From assembly GCA_039586365.1 (NCBI GenBank), contig JBDHKN010000063.1, positions 1 to 40,050 on the forward strand: DNA of 40,050 nucleotides. Reading direction: 5' to 3'. Numbering within the stretch: position 1 is the first letter of the stretch; each line of letters starts with the position of its first letter. Both the position numbers and the translations under genes were made by a program. Below are positions 1 through 8,922 of the stretch, piece by piece. Source of the stretch: Gemmatimonadota bacterium (GTDB lineage: Bacteria; Gemmatimonadota; Gemmatimonadetes; Gemmatimonadales; GWC2-71-9). The notes beneath the pieces were generated by a model, which ran no database searches, was not told where the DNA came from, and saw only the letters and a list, made by a program, of their open reading frames with translations.

Positions 1-1
1 G

Positions 2-1108
2 ACTCTGGACATGGGTGGTACTAGCGCCGACGCCAGCGTGATCCTCGGCGGACAGCCACTCGTTCAGACGACCGCGTCGGTTGGAGGTGTCGCGCTCTCG
101 CTACCCCATGTGCTAATTGAGACCGTGGGCGCTGGCGGTGGCAGTGTGGCGTGGGTAGACCGGGGAGGTGCACTGCGGGTGGGCCCGCGGAGCGCCGGTG
201 CCATGCCTGGACCGGCCGCTTACGGTCAGGGCGGCGACGAACCCACGGTGACCGATGCAGCGGTGGTGTTGGGATGGTTGGGCCCGGAGCACCCTCTGGC
301 CGGCGGGCTCACCCTGTCACCTGATTTCGCGGAACAAGCCGTGGCGCGTGTTGCTCGGCCAGCTGGCTTGTCGCTGCAGCGTTGTGCAGTGGGCATCGTG
401 GAGATAGCTACGGCTGCGATGGTCAGGGCGCTACGGACGGTAAGTGTGGAGCGCGGCGTCGATCCGCGTGATATGACGTTGGTGGCGTTCGGTGGAGCGG
501 GCCCCATGTTTGCCTGCCGTATGGCCGATAGTCTGGGAATGCGCCGCGCGCTGGTGCCGCCTTACGCCGGTGTCCTGTCTGCGCTGGGACTCGCGTCAGC
601 TCCGGAGAAGCTCGAATTCGTGGATTCGTTGCACCGCCAGGCAGACGCGCTGGGCCTCGAAGAACTCGACGTTGCCTACCGCTCAATCGAGGCCGAGGCG
701 GGCGATGAACTGGATGGGGCAGCTCTCAATCGCTTCGCTGATTGTCGCTACATCGGACAAGGCTACGAACTCACGGTTCCGGTCACGGGGTCGGGTGAGC
801 AGATCGCCGCCGCGTTTCACAGGGTGCATTCGGAGCGTTTTGGACATGCGGATGAGGGGCGTGCGGTGGAGGTCGTCAATGTCAGAGTGGTAGCCGAGCG
901 CGGAGGGACAGAAGTGAGGCTCGCCGCCCGCAGTGGAGCGCAGACGACTCCTCCTGTGGCTGGGAGAGTCGAATGGGATGCCGTGGCTCCAGGAACCCTT
1001 CTGGAGGGACCGCTCATGCTCGACAGCCTGGATGCCACAACTCGGATTGAGGAGGGATGGCAGGGTCGCATGCATCAGAGCGGCGCTATCGTATTACAGC
1101 GGATATGA
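2..1108 (+). CDS. Hydantoinase/5-oxoprolinase subunit A family (N-terminus outside window)
   Basis: TLDMGGTSAD, ETVGAGGGS, GPRSAGAMPGPAAYG, PTVTDA and AFGGAGP motifs; the frame is open from the window edge. Confidence 0.92.
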   Translation, partial: TLDMGGTSADASVILGGQPLVQTTASVGGVALSLPHVLIETVGAGGGSVAWVDRGGALRVGPRSAGAMPGPAAYGQGGDEPTVTDAAVVLGWLGPEHPLAGGLTLSPDFAEQAVARVARPAGLSLQRCAVGIVEIATAAMVRALRTVSVERGVDPRDMTLVAFGGAGPMFACRMADSLGMRRALVPPYAGVLSALGLASAPEKLEFVDSLHRQADALGLEELDVAYRSIEAEAGDELDGAALNRFADCRYIGQGYELTVPVTGSGEQIAAAFHRVHSERFGHADEGRAVEVVNVRVVAERGGTEVRLAARSGAQTTPPVAGRVEWDAVAPGTLLEGPLMLDSLDATTRIEEGWQGRMHQSGAIVLQRI

Positions 1109-2634
1109 CGCTAGACGCTATTGGGCTCGAGGTCATGGCGCACGCCTTTGCGGGTGTGGCGGAAGAGATGGGTGCGCTTCTCGTCGCGAGTTCGTTTTCG
1201 CCCAACGTCAGAGAACGTCGTGACTCCTCTGCTGCGATATTCGATGCCAACGGTGAGATGATTGCTCAGGCTGCCCACATTCCGGTACACCTCGGTGCCA
1301 TGCCGGAAGCCGTTGCAGCAGTGAACGAGCTCGGTCCTAGACCAGGTGATACGTATGTTTTGAACGATCCGTTCACTGGGGGGACCCACCTTCCCGATAT
1401 CACCATGGTGCATGCGATCGATCTCGCCGGAGACGTAGCAGGGTTCACCGTAGTGAGAGCACATCACTCCGACGTCGGTGGATCACGGCCTGGAAGCATG
1501 CCACCGCACTCCACCGAGATCTTCCAAGAGGGATTGGTGATCCCGCCGGTTAGGTGGGCATCCAAAGATGGGGTGGAACGCGACATCGAGCAGCTGCTGC
1601 TGGCAAACGTTCGCACACCCGGCGTTAGACGCGGCGATCTGGCGGCCCAGATGGCCGCGTGCGAGCGCGGTGCAACCAGATACCGGGAACTTGCGGTGCG
1701 CCATGGACGAGCCTATGTGGAGGGAGCCGTCCGCGATCTGCTGGATTATGCGGAACGTAGAACTGTTGCCGCAGTGAGGGAGCGTATCGTTCCGGGTCGC
1801 TATCCTGCGGAAGACCGTATGGAGAGTGATGGTGTCGGCGATCGTGATGTTTTCATCAGGCTTGTGGTTGAGGTGGTTGACGGGTGCTTGACTTTCGACT
1901 TCAGTGGCTCGGATCCGGCGGCACGAGGCAACGTGAACTGTCCAATCTCGGTTACCCGATCGGCCGTACTGTTTGTCCTGCGCTGCATCGTTGATGCTGA
2001 CATTCCTACCAACGGTGGAGTGCACCGTGTCGTCAAGGTCATCGCACCGGCGGGTTCGGTCGTAAACGCGAGTTGGCCCAGTGCAGTGGCGGCCGGCAAT
2101 GTCGAAACATCACAGCGCATTGCAGACGTGATCACCTTGGCTCTCAGCGACGCGACGGACGTGCCCGCCCAGGGTCAAGGCACGATGAACAATGTCGTGA
2201 TGGGTGGTGAGGGGTGGACCTACTACGAGACGCTCGGGGGAGGCCAAGGGGCCTCGCGACACGGCGACGCACCCTCCGGAGTGCACGTCGGCATGTCCAA
2301 CACCAGAAACACACCAGTCGAAGTCTTCGAGCTGGAATATCCCTTGCGGCTGCGTACCTACGCGTTGCGGGTGGGAAGTGGCGGGTCGGGCAGTTGTCGG
2401 GGAGGGGACGGCATTGTCAGGGAGTACGAGGCGCTGCAAGATATGGAGGTGAGTCTCATCAGTGAGCGCCGTAGGCACAGTCCGGCTGGTGCCAAGGGTG
2501 GTGGGCCGGGGCAGCCGGGGCTCAACCTGGTTAATGGCGAGCCAGTCGGCGGCCGGGCTGCCGTTCGGTTACTCCCTGGTGACGTATTGCGGCTCGAGAC
2601 CCCCGGTGGTGGTGGGTGGGGAAGCCCCAGCTGA
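1105..2634 (+). CDS. Hydantoinase B/oxoprolinase family protein
   Basis: SPNVRERRD, HIPVHLG, NDPFTGGTHLPD, HHSDVGG, TRNTPVE, ETPGGGGWG; ATGA overlap with subunit A at 1105-1108. Confidence 0.93.
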   Translation: MTLDAIGLEVMAHAFAGVAEEMGALLVASSFSPNVRERRDSSAAIFDANGEMIAQAAHIPVHLGAMPEAVAAVNELGPRPGDTYVLNDPFTGGTHLPDITMVHAIDLAGDVAGFTVVRAHHSDVGGSRPGSMPPHSTEIFQEGLVIPPVRWASKDGVERDIEQLLLANVRTPGVRRGDLAAQMAACERGATRYRELAVRHGRAYVEGAVRDLLDYAERRTVAAVRERIVPGRYPAEDRMESDGVGDRDVFIRLVVEVVDGCLTFDFSGSDPAARGNVNCPISVTRSAVLFVLRCIVDADIPTNGGVHRVVKVIAPAGSVVNASWPSAVAAGNVETSQRIADVITLALSDATDVPAQGQGTMNNVVMGGEGWTYYETLGGGQGASRHGDAPSGVHVGMSNTRNTPVEVFELEYPLRLRTYALRVGSGGSGSCRGGDGIVREYEALQDMEVSLISERRRHSPAGAKGGGPGQPGLNLVNGEPVGGRAAVRLLPGDVLRLETPGGGGWGSPS

Positions 2635-2641
2635 TGTCGTC

Positions 2642-4582
2642 CTAGGCCTCTTCTTCCCGCTCGAATACCTTGCCTGCCACGAACAGGTGGAACAGGTCCT
2701 CGTCTAGCTGACCGCCCTTTACCTCGTCTGAGATGATGTCGAGAGCGCGCTCGGCGGCCATCCTCGGCTTGTAGGGGCGGTCCGCAGCCGTCAGTGCGTC
2801 GAAGATGTCTGCAATTGTCATCATGCGTGTCTGGACACGAAGTTCGGCGCCGCGCAACTTCCGTGGGTATCCGCTACCGTCCAGTTTCTCATGGTGGCCC
2901 CATGCTATTGTCGGCACCTTGCGGAGTTCTCTCGTCCAAGGGATCTTCTGGAGGAACCTGTACGTATGTTCAACGTGGCTCTCGATCTGGTGACGTTCCG
3001 TCTCGTCCAAGCTGCCTTTCCTGATGGTCAGGTAGCGAGCCTCATCGGTGGTGAGATACGGTTGCTGCTGACCTGATACGTCTTCGTAGTAGCGTTCCGC
3101 GTAGCGTACGAGTTCTTCGAAGCTGCCTTCCGGCAGCACCGTGGGTTCATTCGATTCCAGAACCAGCTTCATGAAGTGATCTAGATCCTCGGTCTGGGAC
3201 TCATGCTCCGCGGAGAGCCGCGCCAGGAATTCGTCGTAGCCAGCTCGGCCCGAGGACTCTAGGTACTCCAGACGCCGCCTGAAATAGTCGCGCTCAGCGG
3301 TTCGACGGACGAGAGCATATCGCTGCTCGATCAAGGTGAGATCGGGTGGGTGGAGCTTCTTCGCCTTGACCAGCACGTTCTCTTTGACACCGACCTTCCC
3401 AAAATCGTGCAGCAGCCCGGCGTACTGAATCTCGCGGAGATCCTTCTTGGTGAAACTGGTATGGCGGTACTGTCCCTCGTCTGTCCGGTCCACGACGATG
3501 GCAAGTGCCACGGTCTTATCGGCAACACGACCGGAGTGACCGAATGTCGTGGGGTCACGCTGTTCGATCGCATGCACCGATGCGCGAACGAACCCCTCGA
3601 ACAGGTGCTCGATCTCCTCGTACAGTTGGCTGTTCTCGATAGAGACTGCCGCCTGTCCTGCCAACGCCGTCATCAGCTCGGTCAGGCGCGGTGTGTATGG
3701 AATGACCTGGTCTTCGAAGTCTTCCGGAGTCTTGAGGTGCGCGGTGAAATCTCGCTTGCGGTTGATCAGCTGCAGCACTCCGATGACATCGTCCTTGTGA
3801 TTGGTCATGGGAATGGTGAGCATCGACTTGGTGCGGTATCCCCATTTCCTGTCAAAGAACCGGTCGATCGTGTATTCGGAGTCCGGCGGAAGGAAGTACG
3901 CGTCGTCGATGACTAATGGTCTCCCGGTGGTGGCCACGTACCCCGCGATGCTTGATTTGTCTATGCGCATCGTCCGTTCCACCAGGGGAATCTCGGGACG
4001 CAAGTAGGTTTGTGAGAACTTGAAGCGGAGCTGGCGCTTGTCGTCATCCAGTCGCTCAACCAGGTATAGGCTGGCGGCGTCGGAGGACGATAACTCTCTG
4101 GCCTGAGTGAGGATCAGGGACTGCAGTTGCTCGTAGTCTCGCTCAGTGCTGAGAGCCATGCCGATTCGCGTGAGTTCCCCCAACTCCCTCGTTCGCAACG
4201 CTGCATCCCTCTTGGCGCGCTCCAAGGCGGTGCGGGCTGCCGCTTCACGGTACGCTGTTCGCAGTGCAAGCAGTATCTGACGGGTCCCGTACGGTGATCT
4301 CACAAAGCCAGCCAGCAGGTTGTCGTCCAACTCCGCAGGCACGTCAGGCGCTCCCTCAGCCCCGACGGCCACCACGGCACCACCCGAGTTCACGAAGTGG
4401 CGCAGTTGGTCCAGGGTCACGCTGGAGCGGTAGTCGGGATCCAGGATGAGCACGGTGGCGCCGTCTTCCGTTATCAGCTCTTCGGTCGACTCGAGGCGCT
4501 GTGTGAGGACGCCTTCGCGCTCGAGTGCCTCAGCGATCGACTCAATGTCGAACTGCTCAGTGTGGATCAGAGTGTACTTCAT
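2642..4582 (-). CDS. GAF + HD-GYP cyclic (di)nucleotide phosphodiesterase with N-terminal receiver-like region
   Basis: GAF (YRTKSMLTIPM...GVLQLIN), EQRDPTTFGHS, LLHDFGK, HHEKLDGSGYP, IADIFDALT..RPYK. Confidence 0.9.
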   Translation of the reverse strand: MKYTLIHTEQFDIESIAEALEREGVLTQRLESTEELITEDGATVLILDPDYRSSVTLDQLRHFVNSGGAVVAVGAEGAPDVPAELDDNLLAGFVRSPYGTRQILLALRTAYREAAARTALERAKRDAALRTRELGELTRIGMALSTERDYEQLQSLILTQARELSSSDAASLYLVERLDDDKRQLRFKFSQTYLRPEIPLVERTMRIDKSSIAGYVATTGRPLVIDDAYFLPPDSEYTIDRFFDRKWGYRTKSMLTIPMTNHKDDVIGVLQLINRKRDFTAHLKTPEDFEDQVIPYTPRLTELMTALAGQAAVSIENSQLYEEIEHLFEGFVRASVHAIEQRDPTTFGHSGRVADKTVALAIVVDRTDEGQYRHTSFTKKDLREIQYAGLLHDFGKVGVKENVLVKAKKLHPPDLTLIEQRYALVRRTAERDYFRRRLEYLESSGRAGYDEFLARLSAEHESQTEDLDHFMKLVLESNEPTVLPEGSFEELVRYAERYYEDVSGQQQPYLTTDEARYLTIRKGSLDETERHQIESHVEHTYRFLQKIPWTRELRKVPTIAWGHHEKLDGSGYPRKLRGAELRVQTRMMTIADIFDALTAADRPYKPRMAAERALDIISDEVKGGQLDEDLFHLFVAGKVFEREEEA

Positions 4583-4735
4583 CGTTGTTGCTCGCCCGAG
4601 TCAGGAGGAGGTGTTGGTCCCGAAATCGGCGCGGACGACGACTGGTCTACTCTGCGACACGTCGCATGATGGCAGCCGAACGGGACAGCTGCTGTCGGGT
4701 GAGTCGTAGCGTCCCCCGATTCTCTTCTCCCATGG

Positions 4736-4981
4736 TTCATCACTAATCTGGGCAGGTCGCGGGTGAGCTGCATCGGCAACGCCAAGCAGCGCCAACATCA
4801 CCCGCACCCTGCCATCTGTTTCGCGTTCACTCAGGGTGCTGCCACAACCGGAGCAGGGCAACGTTGTCGACGAGCGAGAGGTTGTGCAAGAGCCCTCCCC
4901 GGCCAGAAGGTATCCGCCGCTGTGCCGGAACGCGAGCGCTCGGTGCTGGGGCATCTCAGGGAGGTTCACTCCCGGCACCAG
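4736..4981 (-). pseudogene. Degenerate internal fragment of an ABC transporter ATP-binding gene
   Basis: Joining two frames gives ALAFRHSGGYLLAGEG/LLHNLSLVDNVALLR/GSTLSERETDGRVRVMLALLGVADAAHPRPAQIS, resembling the Q-loop-to-signature segment of ABC ATPases; no Walker A or B present. Confidence 0.6.
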
Positions 4982-5051
4982 TTTCGGCCGCTGGTCGGTG
5001 TCGCAAGTCCGAATCATGCTAGGCCCGCAGATCGACACCGTTTGCGTTCTG

Positions 5052-5092
5052 AAAAAAGCGCGCCATCGCCCCAGTCTGAGCGATGGCGCTTT
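5052..5092 (-). terminator. Intrinsic terminator downstream of the CsgG-like gene
   Basis: 10-bp stem GCGCCATCGC (5060-5069)/GCGATGGCGC (5080-5089) followed on the minus strand by TTTTTT. Confidence 0.8.
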
Positions 5093-5141
5093 CCATAATT
5101 CTTCCGACTGCCGCCTTGGGCGCAGTCACGCGCCCGTGAAG

Positions 5142-5837
5142 CTAGCCGCGTCCGATCTGCCTTAGAGCCTCTTCAGCTTCGGTGTACTCGGGAAAGACCC
5201 TCTGTGCCTGACTGAAAAGCTCTGCCGCGCGCTCGGTGTCACCCCGGTCTTGGTACAGCAGTCCTTTGGTGTAGAGGCGCACTGCTTCTTCAGGAACCTC
5301 GCGCTCCCTGCGCTCGTTGAACGCTTGCGTCGATAGGGCAGGTAGGTTCAATCCACGCGTCATGGCGTTGGCCAGCTCCACGACGATGTCGTACATGTTC
5401 TCGCGATCGTCGCGTACGCGTTGGGTCTTGATGATCTCGCTGGTCTCGACGTCGACGACGCGGGCATCGATCCTGAGATCGGAGTACCAATCCACAAAGC
5501 CTCCCAGGATCATGTACTTGGCCCCCACCAACTCACCGATCCGCGCAGCGGTATTGGCGTCTACCCGACCACTCGCACCCAGGTCCTGTTCCTGGATCAG
5601 ATCTCTGATCCGCCCACGCTCAACCAAACGAAGTCCTGAGTTCATCGACAGTTCGGTGATCAGCATCTGCTGGAGTCCCACCTCGAAGGCCTGGAAATCC
5701 TCTGCCTCGAGACCGTACGACCCACCGTTGACAAAGGGCAGCACGCCGATTCCTGGCCGCGTATCCTGAGCTGCGCCGACGTGCGGGGCCACTACCCCTG
5801 CGATGAGTGTCAAGGCCAACAGTGAACGCCACCGCAT
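5142..5837 (-). CDS. Secreted CsgG/HfaB (TolB-N-like) family protein with C-terminal TPR
   Basis: Signal peptide ending AAQD; IGVLPF, RLVERGRI, TAARIGELVGAKYMILGG, IDARVVDVETSEI; GGAGGAG RBS before ATG 5837. Confidence 0.85.
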   Translation of the reverse strand: MRWRSLLALTLIAGVVAPHVGAAQDTRPGIGVLPFVNGGSYGLEAEDFQAFEVGLQQMLITELSMNSGLRLVERGRIRDLIQEQDLGASGRVDANTAARIGELVGAKYMILGGFVDWYSDLRIDARVVDVETSEIIKTQRVRDDRENMYDIVVELANAMTRGLNLPALSTQAFNERREREVPEEAVRLYTKGLLYQDRGDTERAAELFSQAQRVFPEYTEAEEALRQIGRG

Positions 5838-5851
5838 AGGTCTCTCCTCCC

Positions 5852-6727
5852 TCATAGAGTCAGTTCCATACCTTCAGTAGCAGCCACGACTTCCAGCGAG
5901 TGTCCCATTGCGTCTGCCATCTCCCGGGCTGCGTAGACCAGCGTGTCCATTGCTGCGTCGTCGTGCTCGGGCCGGTGGTGGAACAGCACGAGGCTTTCGA
6001 CACCCGCCTCTACCGCCAACTCCACCGTCTCTCCGTACGACGAGTGGCCCCAACCGCGGAAATACCCGATCTCGTCGGGCGTATACATCGCATCGTGGAC
6101 CAACACCTCAACACCCTGCAAGAACCGTACGAACTCACTCCGCCAGGACGGTCCGACTTCATAATTCCCACCCGTACCCAACTCGTTGTCAGTGACGTAT
6201 GCCAAACTCGGCCCGCCTGACTTGGGGTTGAGACGATACCCCAGGGTGTTTCCAGGATGCCGCACACGGACGGCCTCAATCTCGAATCCGCCCAACTGGA
6301 GAGAACCAACCTCCAGGTGCGAGACGCTCAACCGCGCCGCCGTGCCGTCGAGCGGTACCGGGAACACCACTGGCTCCATCTGGTTGCGGAGGATCGCTGC
6401 TAGGTTTACATCGCCCTGCTGCGGTCCCCAAATCCTCACCTCGTTGTTGTCGCCAAATAGTGGTGCGAAAAACGGCAGCCCCTGGATGTGATCCCAATGG
6501 GTGTGGCTCAGGACCAGGTCTACCTCGATCGCCTCACCCGGGCGCTCTTGCAGCAGGTTGCCCAGCGGCCTGATCCCTGAACCGGCGTCCAGAATCAGGA
6601 CACTGCCACTCCCGTCCACATGTTCTTCCACCGCAAGGCACGGTGTGTTCCCACCGTACCGAGCGGTGGTGGCCCCGGGTGTGGGGATGGATCCCCGCGC
6701 GCCCCAAACGGTAACCCGATACGTCAT
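5852..6727 (-). CDS. MBL-fold metallo-hydrolase (phosphodiesterase-like)
   Basis: WGARGSIPTPG, YGGNTPC, LDAGSG, HTHWDH (HxHxDH), GWGHS, LFHH; alternative GTG start at 6739. Confidence 0.88.
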   Translation of the reverse strand: MTYRVTVWGARGSIPTPGATTARYGGNTPCLAVEEHVDGSGSVLILDAGSGIRPLGNLLQERPGEAIEVDLVLSHTHWDHIQGLPFFAPLFGDNNEVRIWGPQQGDVNLAAILRNQMEPVVFPVPLDGTAARLSVSHLEVGSLQLGGFEIEAVRVRHPGNTLGYRLNPKSGGPSLAYVTDNELGTGGNYEVGPSWRSEFVRFLQGVEVLVHDAMYTPDEIGYFRGWGHSSYGETVELAVEAGVESLVLFHHRPEHDDAAMDTLVYAAREMADAMGHSLEVVAATEGMELTL

Positions 6728-6804
6728 TCGCTTACCCACTCACAGTCGTGTCCAAGGTATGGCCAACACTTCCCTGCCCGCAAGGAATGCAATCACGACA
6801 TCCG

Positions 6805-6820
6805 GGTGAGCCAGCTCACC
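6805..6820. promoter_or_regulatory. CRP-type palindrome GGTGA-N6-TCACC
   Basis: GGTGAGCCAGCTCACC matches 8/10 of TGTGA-N6-TCACA; overlaps the crp stop codon, upstream of the MBL hydrolase. Confidence 0.5.
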
Positions 6821-7487
6821 GCAATCCTGCTGCGGCCTCCAAGGCGGATCGGTCACTAATCTCAATGGTCTTGCGGGACACGCGTATCAGACCACGATCC
6901 ACGAGATCCCTAAGAGTACGAGAAACGGTTTCGCGACTCGAACCCACCATTTGGCCCATCGTTTGATGTGTGATGCGGCGGCTGATTGTGGTCCCATCTC
7001 CCTGGTCAGCCAGCTCGATGAGGAGCCTCGCAATGCGACCCGGGACATCCAGCAATACCAGCCCCCCGATCTTGTCGTCTGCTCTACGCAGCCGCCGTGA
7101 GAGTGCCTGCAGCATACCGAGGGCTATCCGCGGTGTCTCCTCCAGGCAGCGGCGGAAGTCGTCACGATAGAGGACAATCAACCTGGAGCTCTCCATCGCA
7201 ATCACGTGCGCCGATCGAGGCAGGTCGTCGATCAGCGCCATCTCCCCGAAAAAATCACCGTCCCCCAGCACCGACAGGATGACCTCGCGCCCATCTTCGC
7301 CAGTAAGGACCACCTTAACTTGGCCCCTGTCAACGACATACATGGCGTCGCCTGGGTCATTCTCAAACACGATAATGCTGTTCTGGGGATACGTCTTCGC
7401 CCTGGTAACCTGCGCAATTCGCCCCACTTCCTCCTCGGTCAAATGGGCGAATAAGGGCACCTTGCTCAGGGTCTCTGTTACCGACAT
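6816..7487 (-). CDS. Crp/Fnr family transcriptional regulator (cNMP-binding + HTH)
   Basis: Phosphate-binding cassette FGEMALIDDLPRSA; HTH THQTMGQMVGSSRETVSR. Confidence 0.95.
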   Translation of the reverse strand: MSVTETLSKVPLFAHLTEEEVGRIAQVTRAKTYPQNSIIVFENDPGDAMYVVDRGQVKVVLTGEDGREVILSVLGDGDFFGEMALIDDLPRSAHVIAMESSRLIVLYRDDFRRCLEETPRIALGMLQALSRRLRRADDKIGGLVLLDVPGRIARLLIELADQGDGTTISRRITHQTMGQMVGSSRETVSRTLRDLVDRGLIRVSRKTIEISDRSALEAAAGLR

Positions 7488-7520
7488 GCGGTGGCTTCTC
7501 GGACGGTGGGCAATTGGGCA

Positions 7521-7549
7521 AGATTAGTCCGCAGCCGGTCCCCTGTCAA
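7521..7549 (-). promoter_or_regulatory. Sigma70-type promoter for the crp cluster
   Basis: Minus strand TTGACA-17 nt-TAATCT, 33 nt upstream of the crp ATG. Confidence 0.7.
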
Positions 7550-7569
7550 TCGATTCTGGGTCGGCCAGC

Positions 7570-7599
7570 TTGCTTGCAAGTTTATGTCCCAGTTATATT
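7570..7599 (+). promoter_or_regulatory. Putative sigma70 promoter for the rpmE-prfA operon
   Basis: TTGCTT-18 nt-TATATT in the AT-richer divergent intergenic region. Confidence 0.45.
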
Positions 7600-7641
7600 T
7601 CGCGGCCTATTTGGCGTGGATTCTTGATCCGGAGACGAGCG

Positions 7642-7860
7642 GTGAAAGCAGGTATTCATCCCAATTATCAGCGTGCGGTGGTCCAATGTGCGTGCGGCAA
7701 CACGTTCGAGACCCGGTCCACCCTTCCCGAGATACACGTGGAGATCTGCGCGCACTGCCATCCCTTCTTCACGGGCAAGCAGAAGCTGGTCGATACTGCT
7801 GGTCGTGTTGAGCGGTTCCGCCAACGTTACTCCCAGAAGTCCGCCGAGCCCGGAGAGTGA
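7642..7860 (+). CDS. rpmE: 50S ribosomal protein L31 (Zn-binding type)
   Basis: [38 protein letters not shown] start after GGAG. Confidence 0.96.
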   Translation: MKAGIHPNYQRAVVQCACGNTFETRSTLPEIHVEICAHCHPFFTGKQKLVDTAGRVERFRQRYSQKSAEPGE

Positions 7861-7863
7861 GCT

Positions 7864-8922
7864 GTGCGAGCGCGGCTCCAAGCCGCGCTTGATCGCGCGG
7901 CGCAAGTGGAACGGGAGCTGGCCGAACCGGCAACCGCACAAAACCCTGCAAAACTCAAAGCTCTAGGGCGTGAGCACGTCCGGCTGGACCGTATTCGGCG
8001 AGCTGCTGCCGATTACGACAAGCTGAAGAATGAGCTGGACGGGGCCCGGGAGTTGTCCAAGGACAGCGATCCGGCTCTGGCCGATCTAGCACGGGCGGAC
8101 GTCGACGAGCTGGAACCAGCGGTGGAATCCGCGGAGCGGGAGCTGCGCCAGCTGCTCGTGCCTCCCGACCCGCTGGACTACCGCGACACCATAGTCGAGA
8201 TAAGAGCTGGCACGGGTGGTGACGAAGCGGCGCTTTTTGCTGCCGACTTGTATCGCATGTACGGCCGCTACGCAGAGCGAAACGGCTGGACTGTTGAGCC
8301 GCTCACCCTGTCTGAGGGCAACGTGGGAGGCCTGAAGGAAGTCGCCTTTGCGGCTCGGGGGCCCAACGTGTACGGACGGTTACGCCACGAGTCGGGTGTG
8401 CATCGGGTCCAGCGGGTACCCGCAACTGAGGCCCAGGGGCGTATCCACACTTCTGCGGCAACGGTGGCAGTGCTGCCCGAAGCCGAGGAGGTGGATGTGA
8501 AGATTGACGAGAAGGAACTCAAAATAGACGTGTTCAGATCTTCCGGACCGGGTGGACAAAGCGTTAACACGACTGACAGTGCGGTGCGAATCACGCACCT
8601 GCCATCGGGCCTAGTAGTGCAATGCCAGGATCAAAAGTCTCAACTTCAGAACAAGGTCAAGGCGCTCGAAGTGCTGCGAGCCCGGCTGCTCGATCGCAGG
8701 GTGGCCGAGCAAGAGGCTGAGCGGGCACGGGAGCGCCGTGCGATGGTGGGGACCGGAGATCGCTCAGCCAAGATTCGCACCTACAACTTTCCGCAGAATC
8801 GCGTAACGGATCACCGCATCAATCTCACTCTGCACCGGCTCGAGGAGATTTTGGACGGAGACCTCGACGGACTGGTGGACGCACTCAAACTCGCCTATCA
8901 GGGAGAGAGAGCGGAGTCGTGA
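7864..8922 (+). CDS. prfA: Peptide chain release factor 1
   Basis: GGQ motif (SGPGGQSVN), PAT recognition tripeptide, IRTYNFPQNRVTDHRI. Confidence 0.98.
   Translation: MRARLQAALDRAAQVERELAEPATAQNPAKLKALGREHVRLDRIRRAAADYDKLKNELDGARELSKDSDPALADLARADVDELEPAVESAERELRQLLVPPDPLDYRDTIVEIRAGTGGDEAALFAADLYRMYGRYAERNGWTVEPLTLSEGNVGGLKEVAFAARGPNVYGRLRHESGVHRVQRVPATEAQGRIHTSAATVAVLPEAEEVDVKIDEKELKIDVFRSSGPGGQSVNTTDSAVRITHLPSGLVVQCQDQKSQLQNKVKALEVLRARLLDRRVAEQEAERARERRAMVGTGDRSAKIRTYNFPQNRVTDHRINLTLHRLEEILDGDLDGLVDALKLAYQGERAES

Noticed and set aside
4653..4666. Palindrome TGCGA-CACG-TCGCA upstream of HD-GYP as a CRP site
   Set aside because: Spacer is 4 nt, not the 6 nt Crp requires; no other support
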